From: Eledone cirrhosa
Lineage: Eukaryota
Length of the DNA: 64,000 nt
NCBI GenBank assembly: GCA_964016885.1
Contig: OZ024742.1
Coordinates: 310,186,001 to 310,250,000, forward strand
Reading direction: 5' to 3'
A model generated the notes under the pieces. That model did not search any database. It was given only the letters and a program-made list of their open reading frames with translations, and was not told the origin of the DNA. The position numbers and the translations under genes are program-made. Within the stretch, counting starts at the first letter, position 1. Each line of letters opens with the position of its first letter. Shown here one piece after another: positions 15,423 to 28,519 of this stretch.

Positions 15423-15943
15423 TATTCTAAATTGTACGTTTACTAAATTTCGAAAAAAAAAGTGTGCTAAGCCTGAGTAACATACATGAGCTGGAATTGC
15501 TGTCCACTCACACTTACACATGCAGAGGCGCACGAACACAGAGACAGACAGATAATTACACGCACACACACACACACACACATACACACACACAAACACA
15601 CACACACACACAGTAATGTAGTGGTGTATCATAGAATGTTATATATGATACGTGGGCAAAACACTATCTGATATAGATCCATTATAAGTGTAGAGTAAAA
15701 AGGTTTTATTTCATATAACAATTACATATACCCCTCGTAGGTTCGGCTGATAAACATGCACACACACACACACACAGTCACACATATACACACACACGTG
15801 TGTGTGTGTGTTTGCATCAGTGTGGATGCTTGTGTATGTGTGTGTATGTATTACATTGCTTCTAACCACATCTACCACATCCCTGTTTCAACCAACCACT
15901 GTTATGATTCTGCATTAACAATTCATAACCTATCTTCCTCTTC

Positions 15944-16005
<62 letters not shown>

Positions 16006-16086
16006 CCCTCTCTCTCCCCCTCTCTCTCACTCGACTCATATAAACGTACAACACACGCATGTATGGGGGATATAGGCGCATAAATA

Positions 16087-16635
16087 ATGATTTTTACTAT
16101 AGGCACAAGGCCAGTAATTTTAGGGTAGGGGGAAGACGATTAAATCGACCCTAGTGCATTACTGGTACTTTATTTTATCGACCCCGTAAGGATGAAAGGC
16201 AAAGTTGACCTCGGCGGGATTTGAACTCAGAACGTAGATAATTGTAAGTAAATACTGCAAAACATTTTGTCTGATGCTCTTCCGATTCTGGCAATACACC
16301 ACTCTATATAATAATTGTTTCTACTTTTGGCACAAGGCCAGCAATTATTCCAGTGTATTACTGGTACTTTATTTTATCGACCCCGTAAGGATGAAAGGCA
16401 AAGTTAAATAATAATGGTTTCTTCTATGGGCACAAGGCCAATAATTTTTTGGGGTAGAAGGAAAGTCGATTAAATAGACCCCAGTGCATTACTGGCGCTT
16501 TATTTTATCGACCTCGAAAGGATGAAAGGCAAAGCCAACCTAGCGGGATTTGAACTCAGAACGCAAAGGGCCATAACTCTATGCCGTTAAGAATGTTTTC
16601 TGTTACTCTTCCGATTCTGCCAATCCACCGCCCTA
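16087..16635 (-). mobile_element. Cluster of three head-to-tail SINE units inside one 16-bp direct repeat
   Basis: TATAGGCGCATAAATA at 16071-16086 and 16636-16651. Confidence 0.8.
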
Positions 16636-16993
16636 TATAGGCGCATAAATATTATTTTGTTTTATTTAGATGCTGTTTGGCTGTAACCAAGGATTTTCAG
16701 TAATTACAAGCACTTTACTAATTAAATTAAAATAATTATTAAATATTTGCTTAATTATCAGAATAAAGGAAAATAACAATTGCAGCTAAAATAACACAAC
16801 TTAAATTAGCAACAATATCTCGGTCACTCGTTCTGCAAGAGTTAGCAGCTAAATCCACCTCAAATTAGACCTTGGTCTCTTAAAAGCTGACTGGTTGGGG
16901 TGTCACAGCTTGAACTTTATTTGCTCCATTTGTCTTGATCTGCATTACTAATTCCAGCAATAGGAGTTTTCTTCTTTGAAATAAAAAGTGATA

Positions 16994-17330
16994 TACTCTC
17001 GGGTCTCAAATAATGGGGGAGGGGGAAGGGAGAATAAGCGGGGGGTGGGGTAAGGTTGGGGTTTGGAGTTTTGCTTAAATTCTTATAAGTGAGGGCCGGG
17101 TGGGTGTGGGAATAAACGGGGGGGGGGGGTTTAGATAATTGTATAATATACGTTCGTAAATATGGGATTTCTTGTAATGTTTACTTTTAGTCATATTCAA
17201 TTGGTTTTTTGAAATGTAAAATAAAATAATTATTAGATTCTCCAGCTGCTGTATCGATACAATAAAATTTCACCGGAGATAGATTAACAAAATTCAGTCA
17301 GGGGTTGGATAAAAACGGAAGGAGGTGTGT
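16994..17330. mobile_element. Partial TA-flanked MITE (TIR CTCTCGGGTCTCAAATAAT)
   Basis: Same TIR and internal sequence (reverse orientation) as 35057-35434 and 62201-62738. Confidence 0.6.
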
Positions 17331-17739
17331 GTGAATATGGCGGAAAATACGGTATATGGTTACTAATAATTTAGCGTTAAAAATATATATATTGCCACGA
17401 AAAAAGCCATAAAAAATCGCGGAAGATATTTACGATTCGATTCCGTGAACAATTATTAGGTAGGTTCTAAGGAATATTTCTCGAATAACCGGGACCTCGA
17501 ATGTCGGGACCGTGAATTCTGGGGTATATATATATATATATAGTAGTATATTAGTATAGTTAATATGAAGCATTGTGAGATATGTAATACTTGATGAGAG
17601 CTTCGCAAAACCGTTATGTTAGGAATATATAAAAAGCAGGGATGACAAATAACATTGTTTGTTTTACTTGTCATCATCTGATCTTTAAGTATTTCTACAG
17701 CATTTTACCGGCTTTCTGACGTACAAATTTTAGTATTTA

Positions 17740-17936
17740 CATTAATTCCCTTTCAATTGCAATACTTCAAGACACCTGTTTTGCATTGAACCAATAAGAT
17801 TTCTAAGAGTTTCGTTATGAATTTCATTCCAATACAGTTTAATGCAAGACTTTAACGTTTCTCTATCTTCAAATTGATGTCCATTATTGTACACCTTTGT
17901 TGCCAAAATTCTCCACAAGTTTTTTATTGGGTTTAA

Positions 17937-17937
<1 letters not shown>
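17740..17937 (-). pseudogene. Tc1/mariner transposase C-terminal fragment
   Basis: Minus translation LNPIKNLWRILATKVY...NLIGSMQNRCLEVLQLKG resembles the Tc1 LNPIENLW...SMPRR motif. Confidence 0.75.
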
Positions 17938-17988
<51 letters not shown>

Positions 17989-18015
17989 CGGATTAAATTT
18001 TAATCTGTTATTTTA

Positions 18016-18118
<103 letters not shown>

Positions 18119-18590
18119 CATATGGTGGCTGCCAACTCGTTTTCGAGTACGGCCACTACTTTATATCCATGTAGGAGAACCCGACAGATGCGCTGAACGA
18201 GTGTGACTTTTTAGTCCAGCCAGCGACGACTTGAAAACTCTGGTACAAACACTACACTTGTGACAATTATTGACACATAGTGCTGGGCCCATGGTACCAT
18301 GTGACGACAAGTGCAGAGAGATCTCCAGATATAAAGTATTGCCTGTGCCGTGAAGCTTTTATAGTGAGCAAAGGCACTGCACAATGCCAGTCCCACTATC
18401 TTAACCAAGATGATATTTACCAAAAAGAAAAACAAGTCAACATCATTGGATACCATCAGGATTGCAGGTGTTATATCAGAGTTTTCCTTCTCCTAGAATT
18501 CTGCCTTGACAAAGGCTAAGGAGTCATCTCTCCCGGTGATTTTGGATGGCCATTGACTCTTAATATATATATGTATATATATATATATAC

Positions 18591-18621
<31 letters not shown>

Positions 18622-18636
18622 CATATATATACATAC

Positions 18637-18668
<32 letters not shown>

Positions 18669-18680
18669 GTTTCTCGTTTG

Positions 18681-18727
<47 letters not shown>

Positions 18728-18741
18728 AACGAGAAACACAC

Positions 18742-18784
<43 letters not shown>

Positions 18785-18789
18785 AGTTA

Positions 18790-19830
18790 ATATATATTAA
18801 TATATGATAAACACATATGTGTTTGTATTGCAAAAGACGAAGTTAGCTAGAATGAAATAAACTAATTAAAATGAATACAATTTTGCCAATATAAGCTTGT
18901 CTTTATTGACTTATATCGAGACAGACATATTGTATTCATTTTAATTAGTTTATTTCATTCTAGCTAACTTCGTCTTTTGCAATACAAACACGTATTAATA
19001 TATATTAACTTGTATTTCACTGCTCAGAAATGCTTCTTTCTCTGAGCTAATTAATTGTAAATGACTTTGAGTTTAAACTCTAAATATAATATAATATTAA
19101 TGCTCCTTAACTGTAGAGCTAATTTTTAATCCCATATAAACGGCTGTTATTTCTAGCACTGTGAGTATGGGATGGCTAGTATAGCTGATTATACCTCGTG
19201 TGAATCAGTCCTACAAAATTTTTGGAGGTGAAATGTACTAATTTTACTGGATTCCTGTTGATAAGCACAGAGATTTGAATATTTCACTTTTTATATTTCA
19301 CTTTTTATACCATCGTTGCGAAACATATTTAGGTTTCGAAGTTCAAATTCATCTACGGAGCAGGTTTGGATTTTGAAATTTAAATTTGTCCAGGAATCAC
19401 GGCTTTTGCCAGTATAAGCTTGTCTTTATTGACTTATATCGAGACAGACAAATTGTATTCATTTTAATTAGTTTATTTCATTCTAGCTAACTTCGTCTTT
19501 TGCAATACAAACACCTATGTGTTTATCATATATTAATATATATTAACTTGTTGCGGTGGATTGACAGTATTAGTAGCGGGTCGGACGCCATGCTTTCCAG
19601 CATAGTTACGTCCCTTTACGATCTGAGTTCAAATCCCGCCGAGGTTGACTTTGCCTTTCATCCTTACGGGGTCGATAAAATAAAGTACCAGTAATGCACT
19701 GGGTAATTGCTGGCCTTGTGCCTAAAGTAGAAACAATTAATATATATTAACTTGTATTTCACTGCTCAGAAATGCTTCTTTCTTTGAGCTAATTAATTGT
19801 AAATGACTTTGAGTTTAAACTCTAAATATA

Positions 19831-19892
<62 letters not shown>

Positions 19893-19990
19893 TATATTTA
19901 GAGTTTAAACTCAAAGTCATTTACAATTAATTAGCTCAAAGAAAGAAGCATTTCTGAGCAGTGAAATACAAGTTAATATATATTAATTGT
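18790..19990. repeat. About 520-bp terminally redundant unit with inverted duplications, between (TA)n tracts
   Basis: GCCARTATAAGCTTGTCTTTATTGAC at ~18886 and ~19408; 18790-18885 inverted vs 19450-19550; 19735-19840 inverted vs 19885-19990; SINE inserted at 19553-19737. Confidence 0.7.
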
Positions 19991-20049
19991 TTCTACTTTA
20001 GGCACAAGGCCAGCGATTACCCAGTGCATTACTGGTACTTTATATATGT

Positions 20050-20245
<196 letters not shown>

Positions 20246-20256
20246 GTATATATATG

Positions 20257-20345
<89 letters not shown>

Positions 20346-20360
20346 TATATATAAACGAGA

Positions 20361-20394
<34 letters not shown>

Positions 20395-20414
20395 TGTATA
20401 TATATATATGTATA

Positions 20415-20494
<80 letters not shown>

Positions 20495-20500
20495 TATATG

Positions 20501-20555
<55 letters not shown>

Positions 20556-20556
<1 letters not shown>

Positions 20557-20709
20557 CATGGACACACTAGAAGAGGAAGACCAAGGTTAACGTATGTTGA
20601 TGCCCTAAGGACAGACACTCGTCTGTCGGAGACGCAGGACATGGTAGCGATAATGAGGGACAGAGACCGCTGGAGAGAACTCGTCCATGGATCTCGGGAA
20701 TTTTACCCG

Positions 20710-20712
<3 letters not shown>
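20556..20712 (+). pseudogene. RTE-clade LINE 3' fragment
   Basis: [21 protein letters not shown]...DRDRWRELV; near-identical to the end of 28520-28907. Confidence 0.8.
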
Positions 20713-20767
<55 letters not shown>

Positions 20768-20983
20768 TAATTACGTATCGAGAAAGAGAAAAAAAGGGGA
20801 GGATAGGTGATACATATAGTTATTTGCCAAGTAGCGTATGCCAAAGGTGCTCGATACTAGTGCCGGCAATATTAAATATTCGAAGTGTTAATATTTAGTG
20901 GGCTAGAGAGTTAGCAGAGCGTAAGGACGTGGGAAAGTAAAAAAATCGGAGAATAGACCGTTAAAACATGTTTATTTAAAACA

Positions 20984-21025
20984 GCACCTACGTACGTTTC
21001 TCCCAGTTGGGCTTCTCAAGGGCAT
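20984..21025 (-). ncRNA. Hammerhead motif, U3-A8 core variant
   Basis: Minus strand TTGAGAA-GCCCAACTGGGA-GAAA-CGTACG-TA; palindromic stem III loop; weak stem I. Confidence 0.55.
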
Positions 21026-21305
21026 AAATAATCACAAGTGTTCCTTATATTGCTCGGAAAGAGTTTTGGGGGTTAAATCCACATCAAGGTTCATTGCTCG
21101 CAAAAATATCTTGTTTTGATTTTGCAGCAGGTCAAGGGAGGTAACTCTGGCCGGTGTTAGGGCAGTCTTTCCCGGATAATTTTTTTTGCCGCATCTGTTT
21201 GTCTGAGGCTGGGTCTGGTATGCAAGGACAGTTTCCTGGGTGTTATTTTGCAGCGTCTGCCTGCCGGGTGTTAAGACTTGTTGCAGGGAGATCCGGTGTA
21301 CGGTT

Positions 21306-21487
21306 TCACTCTTGATCCTTAACCCATCTGAAGAAGGATATTTTTAAGCGATGTGTACAACTTATCGCTGTTTCAGCTCTGCTGTTGATGAGCTCGTGGG
21401 GTGCAGTTATGATGTGGTAGAGCTCCATGAGGCAAAGATCGCATTTCTTCTTGAAGTTGTACGGTGTAGCCCTGCCGACAATCTCCC

Positions 21488-21488
<1 letters not shown>
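21306..21488 (-). pseudogene. C-terminal end of a Penelope-like (Naiad-type) GIY-YIG endonuclease
   Basis: WEIVGRATPYNFKKKCDLCLMELYHIITAPHELINSRAETAISCTHR...* (CxLCxxE, LNxRxE, CxH pattern); frame not given in the ORF track. Confidence 0.72.
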
Positions 21489-21563
<75 letters not shown>

Positions 21564-22847
21564 TACTGGCGGCGCTTTACGTATAATCAGTTAAATGTGA
21601 AGCACACACTACATATAGCAAATTGCAGATTTTATTTTTTCCAAAGAAAAAAGATGACAGTAAGTTCGAAGTCTTGGTTCTAATTCGTCACTTCAGATTG
21701 TACATACGCCCCCCCCACACTCAACATTTTACTCTCTCACACACATAATGGAAGGGCATCAACAAGCAAAACATTGTATCGGTTGAGGGTCTGACGTCAT
21801 GCTTTGACGCATAGAGTTATGGCCCTTTCCATTCTGAGTTCAAATCCTGCCGAGGTAACTTTGCCTCTCATCTTTACGGGGTAGATAAAATAAAATACCA
21901 GTAATGCACTAGGTAATTGCTGGTCTTGTGCCAAAAGTAGAAACAATTATTAAAGAAAGAGGGTGGTAGATTGGCAGTATCGGTAGAAGGTCGAACGTCA
22001 TGCTTTGCAGCATAGAGTTATGGCTCTTTATGATCAGAGATCAAATTTTGCCGAGGTTAACTTTGCCTTTCATCCTTACGGAGTCGATAAAATAAAGTAC
22101 CAGTCACACACTGGGGGTCGATTTAATCGATTCCTCCCTCCCCCAAAATATGCTGGCCCAAAATATGCCAGCCATTATTAAAGAAAGACTAGAATAAGGA
22201 GCGCGAGAGGAGATAAGTAAAGAAAGGAAAAAAAAAAGACGGAGAAACAAGATACCTTTTCATACATGGGCTTTGAACTTCTACCCAAATAATTATGAAT
22301 TTCGCTGCGACCCCACTGTATGTCATCGTGGGCCTCAGTCGTATAAGTGAAATTGTATTGACGAGAATTGTTTGGCAGCCGTTTAGATAGACTGTAACGG
22401 TATTCAACGGTCTTGTCACACTCTATCACTTTACGCTAAGTGTTCACGTGTTTGTGAAATTCTGAGATCACGCGTTAATTTATTGGGTAGCCCTCATCAT
22501 AGAATCTGACGGAGGTCCACTTTATAATTGCGTATTATATTTATATAATTAAATTAAATTTATTGTTTGTTAACCTAAGGCTAAATTTTTGAATTCCGGT
22601 TTACATTGAAAAGCATTTTGCTTTGATTAAATAACCCCCCCCCCACACACACACACATACATACCACATACATACACATGTACACACACAAGCATGCATG
22701 AGCACACATGCATATATGTATTCTACACTATATATATTTGTAAACTAAATTTTAAGATTTAATAATTTAATAATCGCATTATTGTAATAAGTATTTTTAT
22801 GAGGGAGAGTAAATGAGAGAGAGAGAGGGGGAGAGAGAAAAAGTAAG

Positions 22848-22887
<40 letters not shown>

Positions 22888-22891
22888 GGAG

Positions 22892-22973
<82 letters not shown>

Positions 22974-23243
22974 TGTGATGTAGATTTTGAAATAAAAAAC
23001 AAAAAATATACATGTGAAATATAGTAAATAACGTTTATGGTTTTGAATGGTTAATATGGCTATTCCATTCTCTCATTGCCCTGTCTGTGTTTGTGTGTGA
23101 ACAAAGTCGTTGACTTAAGAATCGTTGAAATAAGTGCCTCCTAACGCAAATGACCATAACAGTAATTAATCCAGACCTGCCAACGTCTAAAAACCCAAGA
23201 TGGTGTAGGATAGAACAAACGAGAAACACAAACTAAAAACCCA

Positions 23244-23284
23244 GTCACTGAGGAGGTCACAATGTGTGACCGAAGAGCTTTGAC
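23244..23284 (+). ncRNA. Minimal hammerhead-like motif (A15.1 replaced by G)
   Basis: GTCA-CTGAGGA-GGTCACA/TGTGACC-GAAG-AGC-TT-TGAC. Confidence 0.55.
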
Positions 23285-23403
23285 AATATGTAATCAACCA
23301 TCCGGTTATCGAACCAACCTACAAACCGGAAATTTATAATAAATTACAGTGAAAACCAACAGGTGCGTGTGTTTTTATTGGCAGCATGACCCTCCCAAAC
23401 TAT

Positions 23404-23455
<52 letters not shown>

Positions 23456-23462
23456 GAGAGAG

Positions 23463-23504
<42 letters not shown>

Positions 23505-23507
23505 AGG

Positions 23508-23555
<48 letters not shown>

Positions 23556-23669
23556 CGGTGCTGAATTCGGGGAGACAACTAAGCATGGGAGTACTCAATG
23601 CAGAGGGAGATGCAGAGATATAATGATAGGTAAAATCCCGACCGTATGTATATATATATGTACATACTT

Positions 23670-23741
<72 letters not shown>

Positions 23742-23921
23742 GTAGAACACTGGAAGGTAATATCCGTAGTGGTAGAGCACTCAGTCCATGGGACGAGTTA
23801 GGTAGAAGTCGTAACCTTACACCTTTCGCCCGCAGTTTTGTATTGCCTGGGTGAAGTGACCGTTTCTGCGCATGCGCGTTCATACGGTTGTCCTTCCTAT
23901 TCCGTATAACCATGAGCATTA

Positions 23922-23959
23922 CGAGCTGAGGATCCGCTAAGGTGAAACAATTGTTCTCG
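23922..23959 (+). ncRNA. Minimal type I hammerhead in PLE pLTR (family B)
   Basis: CGAG-CTGAGGA-TCCGCTAAGGT-GAAA-CAATTG-TT-CTCG; palindromic AATT loop, GUU site. Confidence 0.8.
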
Positions 23960-24205
23960 GTATCGTGAACTAACTGTTGTGTTACCACTTCTACCTAACT
24001 CGTCCCATGGACTGAGTGCTCTACCACTACGGATATTACCTTCCAGTATTCTACCTCTTCCAGTATTCTACGTCTCCAGCACCGGTCAGCAGATTCTTTT
24101 CGCTACGTGGAAGTTTGGCTTTTAGCAGATTTTTTACCACTTAGGAGTTTGGCTTCCTACCCTGTGAGCGCTCTCTACGCAACTTTGTGTCTCATCAACG
24201 TCAGA

Positions 24206-25408
24206 ATGGATTTATACGAACTGGATTACTCCCTGAAGAATATTCCCACTCCCCCCCCCCCCCCCCAACCATGTTTACCAAAAGCTTCTCCTTCAAAAAG
24301 CGGAAGATGTCGTCAGACGCTTAAGATGGCGAGCCCTAGCTTTTGACGGCAACATTACAGGCACCAGAAACACCTTCAACCTGAAATCGAGAGCCTACCC
24401 TCCTAAGGTAACTGAACTCGCTCCTTTCGAAGCGGATCTTCTTGATTTAGTCGCTAACATTTCCTTTCGCAAACACCCTAACACCTTTCAAACTAAACTT
24501 AGAAATGATATTAAGAAATTTAGGTCTTCCAATAACACTTTCGTTCTTACTGACAAAACCAATAATATTTACGAAGTCGACAACACTACTTACAGCCACT
24601 TGGCCTATAACGTTATTACCTCTAAATATAAGAAGGCTAACCCTATGGCCTACACGACATCAATACAGAAGCCAAAGACCTTGCCGCCGCTCTTAAGGTA
24701 GATAAGAAGCCACAATGCTTAGCTAAGTGGGAGGCGTTCCTCACCCTGAAGGATCACAGGTAGACTTTACTTCTAATCCCACGTGTAGACTACTAAACCC
24801 AGCACGCACGGATATGGGACTAGTCAGTAAGGCCATACTTAGAAGCATAGTTAAGACCATTAGGACCAAGACCAACCTGTCCCAGTGGGAGAACAGCGAC
24901 TCCGTCATTAAGTGGTTTAACTCCTTCAAATCCAAAAAAGCGAAGTTCACGCAATTCGACATTGTAGATTTTTACCCGTCGATCTCAGAGACCCTGTTAA
25001 ACAAAGCGTTGGACTTTGCTACTACCTACACTACCGTCCATGTTTTAGACAGGTAAATCATCGCTCACTGCCGGAAAACCCTCCTCTTCAACAACGGAGT
25101 AGCCTGGGCAAAGAATTTAACCACTTCAGAACTATTCGACGTCTCCATGGGATCGTTTGACAGTGCTGACGTATGCGACTTGGTTGGCCAATTTATTTTA
25201 GACATTTTACGTGTTAGAATCAGGGACTTCCACACGGGAATATACCGTGACGATGGCCTGACCTTATCGAGCCATAAAAGTGATCACGACCTCGACCGGT
25301 TTAAAAAAGACTTAGCTTCTACCTTCAATGAGTTAGGACTTAGGATAACAGTAGCTACAAACCTCTCTAGCGTAGATTTCTTAGACATTAATTTAGACCT
25401 TCGCACAC
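24206..25408 (+). pseudogene. Penelope-like reverse transcriptase, frameshifted
   Basis: YSLKNIP, DKTNNIY, LKDH..NPTCRLLNPA, FDIVDFYPSISE, MGSFDSADVCDLVG, GIYRDDGL, VDFLDINLDL. Confidence 0.88.
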
Positions 25409-26112
25409 ACAGAAACAAATTAGTTGGAGTGAAATTTTAGTAAATAAGTCAATTTTCATAACTTTCTTATTTACGTCTTTCATATAAATTGTTCTGCATC
25501 CCCTTGCATAGAACCACAAAGTTACTAAGACAAAACATATATATTTGCTAACATAGGTATGCACCTGTATACATGTCGGTAGATATATTAATTCTTTAAA
25601 ATTATCTCCAAATTATTTGTTGAGCAAAATTTGCCGAAATTACTACTGTGACTAATAGTAGTGGCTAGGCTCTGTCTTAATAGCACCCCCACTCCTAGCT
25701 GATTAACCTGTGTCACGTGATTGATTCTTTTGAATTTGCCACTTGACCAAGTAGGCAGTGAATTTTTCAATGTCTTGGAATCTAGCCCCGCTCGCTTTTT
25801 TCCATCCACTGAATTATTTTTATATAAGTTCCCAGTGTCCCCGCATTGCCTGGAAGCTTATCTGAGAATAGGCTCCCTGATGACGTAAGGCTTCTCTATG
25901 GGTAAACTCCGTAACCATATTTATCCCCTTACAGAAACAAATTAGTTGGAGTGAAATTTTAGTAAGTAAGTCAATTTTCATAACTTTCTTATTTACGTCT
26001 TTCATATAATTGTTCTGCATCCCCTTGCATAGAACCACAAAGTTACTAAGACAAAACATATATATTTGCTAACATAGGTATGCACCTGTATACATATGTC
26101 GGTAGATATATT

Positions 26113-26115
<3 letters not shown>
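25409..26115 (+). mobile_element. Retrozyme/pLTR-like unit: 522-bp period, about 185-bp terminal direct repeats
   Basis: ACAGAAACAAATTAGTTGGAG... at 25409 and 25931. Confidence 0.7.
25872..25952 (+). ncRNA. Type I hammerhead with extended stem II (family C)
   Basis: GCTCC-CTGATGA-CGTAAGG...CCTTACA-GAAA-C AAATTA G-TT-GGAGT. Confidence 0.72.
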
Positions 26116-26144
<29 letters not shown>

Positions 26145-26158
26145 GTGGGTGTGTGTGA

Positions 26159-26279
<121 letters not shown>

Positions 26280-26307
26280 CTTGTATTTAATTGCATATAA
26301 TTGCATG

Positions 26308-26344
<37 letters not shown>

Positions 26345-27579
26345 ACATGCATACTGGTATGTAGGTATACGTTTGTCTTTATCTCTGTATCTTCGTCCGT
26401 TTCTCTGTCCTTCTCTGTGTTTTTTTATGTTCAGAATCAGTAGGACTATATGTCGTCTGCCTGTATTTCAACAGCACTATTAATGCTGCTCACATGTAAC
26501 CATCAGTTCGGCTAATGTTGTTTATACATCCACTATCAGATTGTTTGACAAGAAGTCTTCACTTTTGCAAGAGTCAGACGATGAGAGATAGTTTCCACAA
26601 TTACATAACAAAACTGACTCTATGAAAACATTATAAAATGAGGTGACAATCCTTTTTACTGTTATTGCTTGTAGTCCGGCATTACAGCTGTCTTGCTAGC
26701 ATACTCTTCTGTTTATTAGTAGATTCGGATAGATACGTTTCTTACTTGGTTGCCTGACTGTCATATGTACTTTGATTAGTGTGCTTAATTTTTGTACCTA
26801 GGTCGACCTTCACTAAACAGATCTATTATCAAAGATGTTCCAGCCATGGCCATCTCATCAATATTTTTGAAAGGGACATCATAGTCCATCATATCGTTTA
26901 TTTTAAAGACAGTTGAGTGTCATTTGAAAGATATTTCGCTCTGATTTCGAACTGGACAGATACCACACAAGGCCTTCCCCTCGTTGGTAGCTTGGGCAGA
27001 GCTAACATCAAACATATTCCGGTCATTGCCACCTAATTTTCTAGTATATGTAACTATACTTATTTTTTGAAACGGTTGGGTATGATTTGTGAGAGATTTA
27101 GCAGAAGCTTCTACCAGATCAAGCGAACACGAGGCTCCGCCACTCACTGTATTTCAGGTTAGTTCTAATAAAATAAAACTATATACTAAAAGCATTCCAA
27201 ACGCAACCATCCCTTCCTATTTTGTCTTTAACATAAAACATTATCCAATGTACCCCAGCGTGTTAGACTTGCTAGATATAATGGAATTTAACCTGGTACA
27301 TACACGTAAGCTGAAATAAACGCTGGTGACTTCTAGATAATTTTAGCCAATGCGGGCTTCCATAAGGTTTTATAACATTAACACTTTATAATACTGCTTA
27401 CTGAGGTTAGATTCGATTGAAATTTCAATTAATAAACAATACTGTTTATGCACTAACTACAATCATATAGTATATTAATCTTAGAACACGAGGACTGAAA
27501 ATACATGTCTCACTAACTACCAAAACAGTACAGTTAAATAATTCCTGCATTTCCAGCCATCCATAACCTTAACGAAAAA

Positions 27580-27619
27580 TGACACAGGAACGATGTACTA
27601 GTACATCGTTCCTGTGTCA
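27580..27619. repeat. Perfect 40-bp spacerless palindrome
   Basis: TGACACAGGAACGATGTACT|AGTACATCGTTCCTGTGTCA. Confidence 0.95.
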
Positions 27620-27785
27620 GTGTTGAAAAAAAGGTGACGTCGTTGCCTTAACACCGTACGGCATAAATTCAGGCTGTTCAGTTTGTTTACAAACGAACAA
27701 AGTGGGCGCTATAATAAGCGTCCGCTAAACTGATACGTGCATATATGTATGTGTACCTGTATGTGTATATATGTATATATATATG

Positions 27786-27816
<31 letters not shown>

Positions 27817-27869
27817 GCATGCTACTGTACGTCTGTATACATATATGTATGTACGTATACATACATACT

Positions 27870-27943
<74 letters not shown>

Positions 27944-28012
27944 TATATCCGTATATATATATATATATATAATTGGAAATTTAGTAAAATCGAATCTCTG
28001 GCGGTTTGCAAG

Positions 28013-28091
<79 letters not shown>

Positions 28092-28243
28092 GTTATATCC
28101 GTATATATATATATATATAATTGGAAATTTAGTAAAATCGAATCTCTGGCGGTTTGCAAGTATATATATATATATATATATATATAGTAGAACACAGGGG
28201 ACGTGTTTGGTAGAAGTGGTTAGACAACAGTTAGTTCACCATA

Positions 28244-28284
28244 CCGAGAACAATTGTTTCACCTTATGCGGATCATCAGCCCGG
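28244..28284 (-). ncRNA. Minimal type I hammerhead (family B)
   Basis: Minus strand CCGGG-CTGATGA-TCCGCATAAGGT-GAAA-CAATTG-TT-CTCGG; 28196-28352 is homologous to 23853-24010. Confidence 0.82.
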
Positions 28285-28363
28285 TTTAAATGAAATTGTA
28301 CGGAAAAGGCAAAAACAACTGTACGAATACGCACGTGCAGAGGCAGTCACTTCCTCATTTAAT

Positions 28364-28404
28364 CCGAGCTGATGATCCAAATAAGGTGAAACAATTGTTC
28401 ACAG
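28364..28404 (+). ncRNA. Hammerhead (family B) with degenerate stem I, divergent from the 28244 copy
   Basis: CCGAG-CTGATGA-TCCAAATAAGGT-GAAA-CAATTG-TT-CACAG. Confidence 0.65.
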
Positions 28405-28519
28405 TAATGGTAAACTAACTGTTGTGGAACTACGTATATATATATATATATATCGACTCTCCATATTTCTTTTCAATGGCTGACAATATCTTACCGGCGC
28501 CACTCGAATAAGGTAGTTA

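Larger units (their letters stand above)
23739..25408 (+). mobile_element. Penelope-like element (Naiad-type), 3'-truncated, with inverted pLTR segment
   Basis: 77-bp inverted repeat 23739-23815/23981-24057, hammerhead between the arms, followed by an RT ORF. Confidence 0.8.

Noticed and set aside
19175-19215. CTGATTA...GAAT hammerhead-like motif in the 520-bp unit
   Set aside because: Two core mismatches; not supportable without a family consensus.
21030-21305. SECIS element in the Naiad-like 3'UTR
   Set aside because: No clear AUGA/AA/GA kink-turn stem found by eye.
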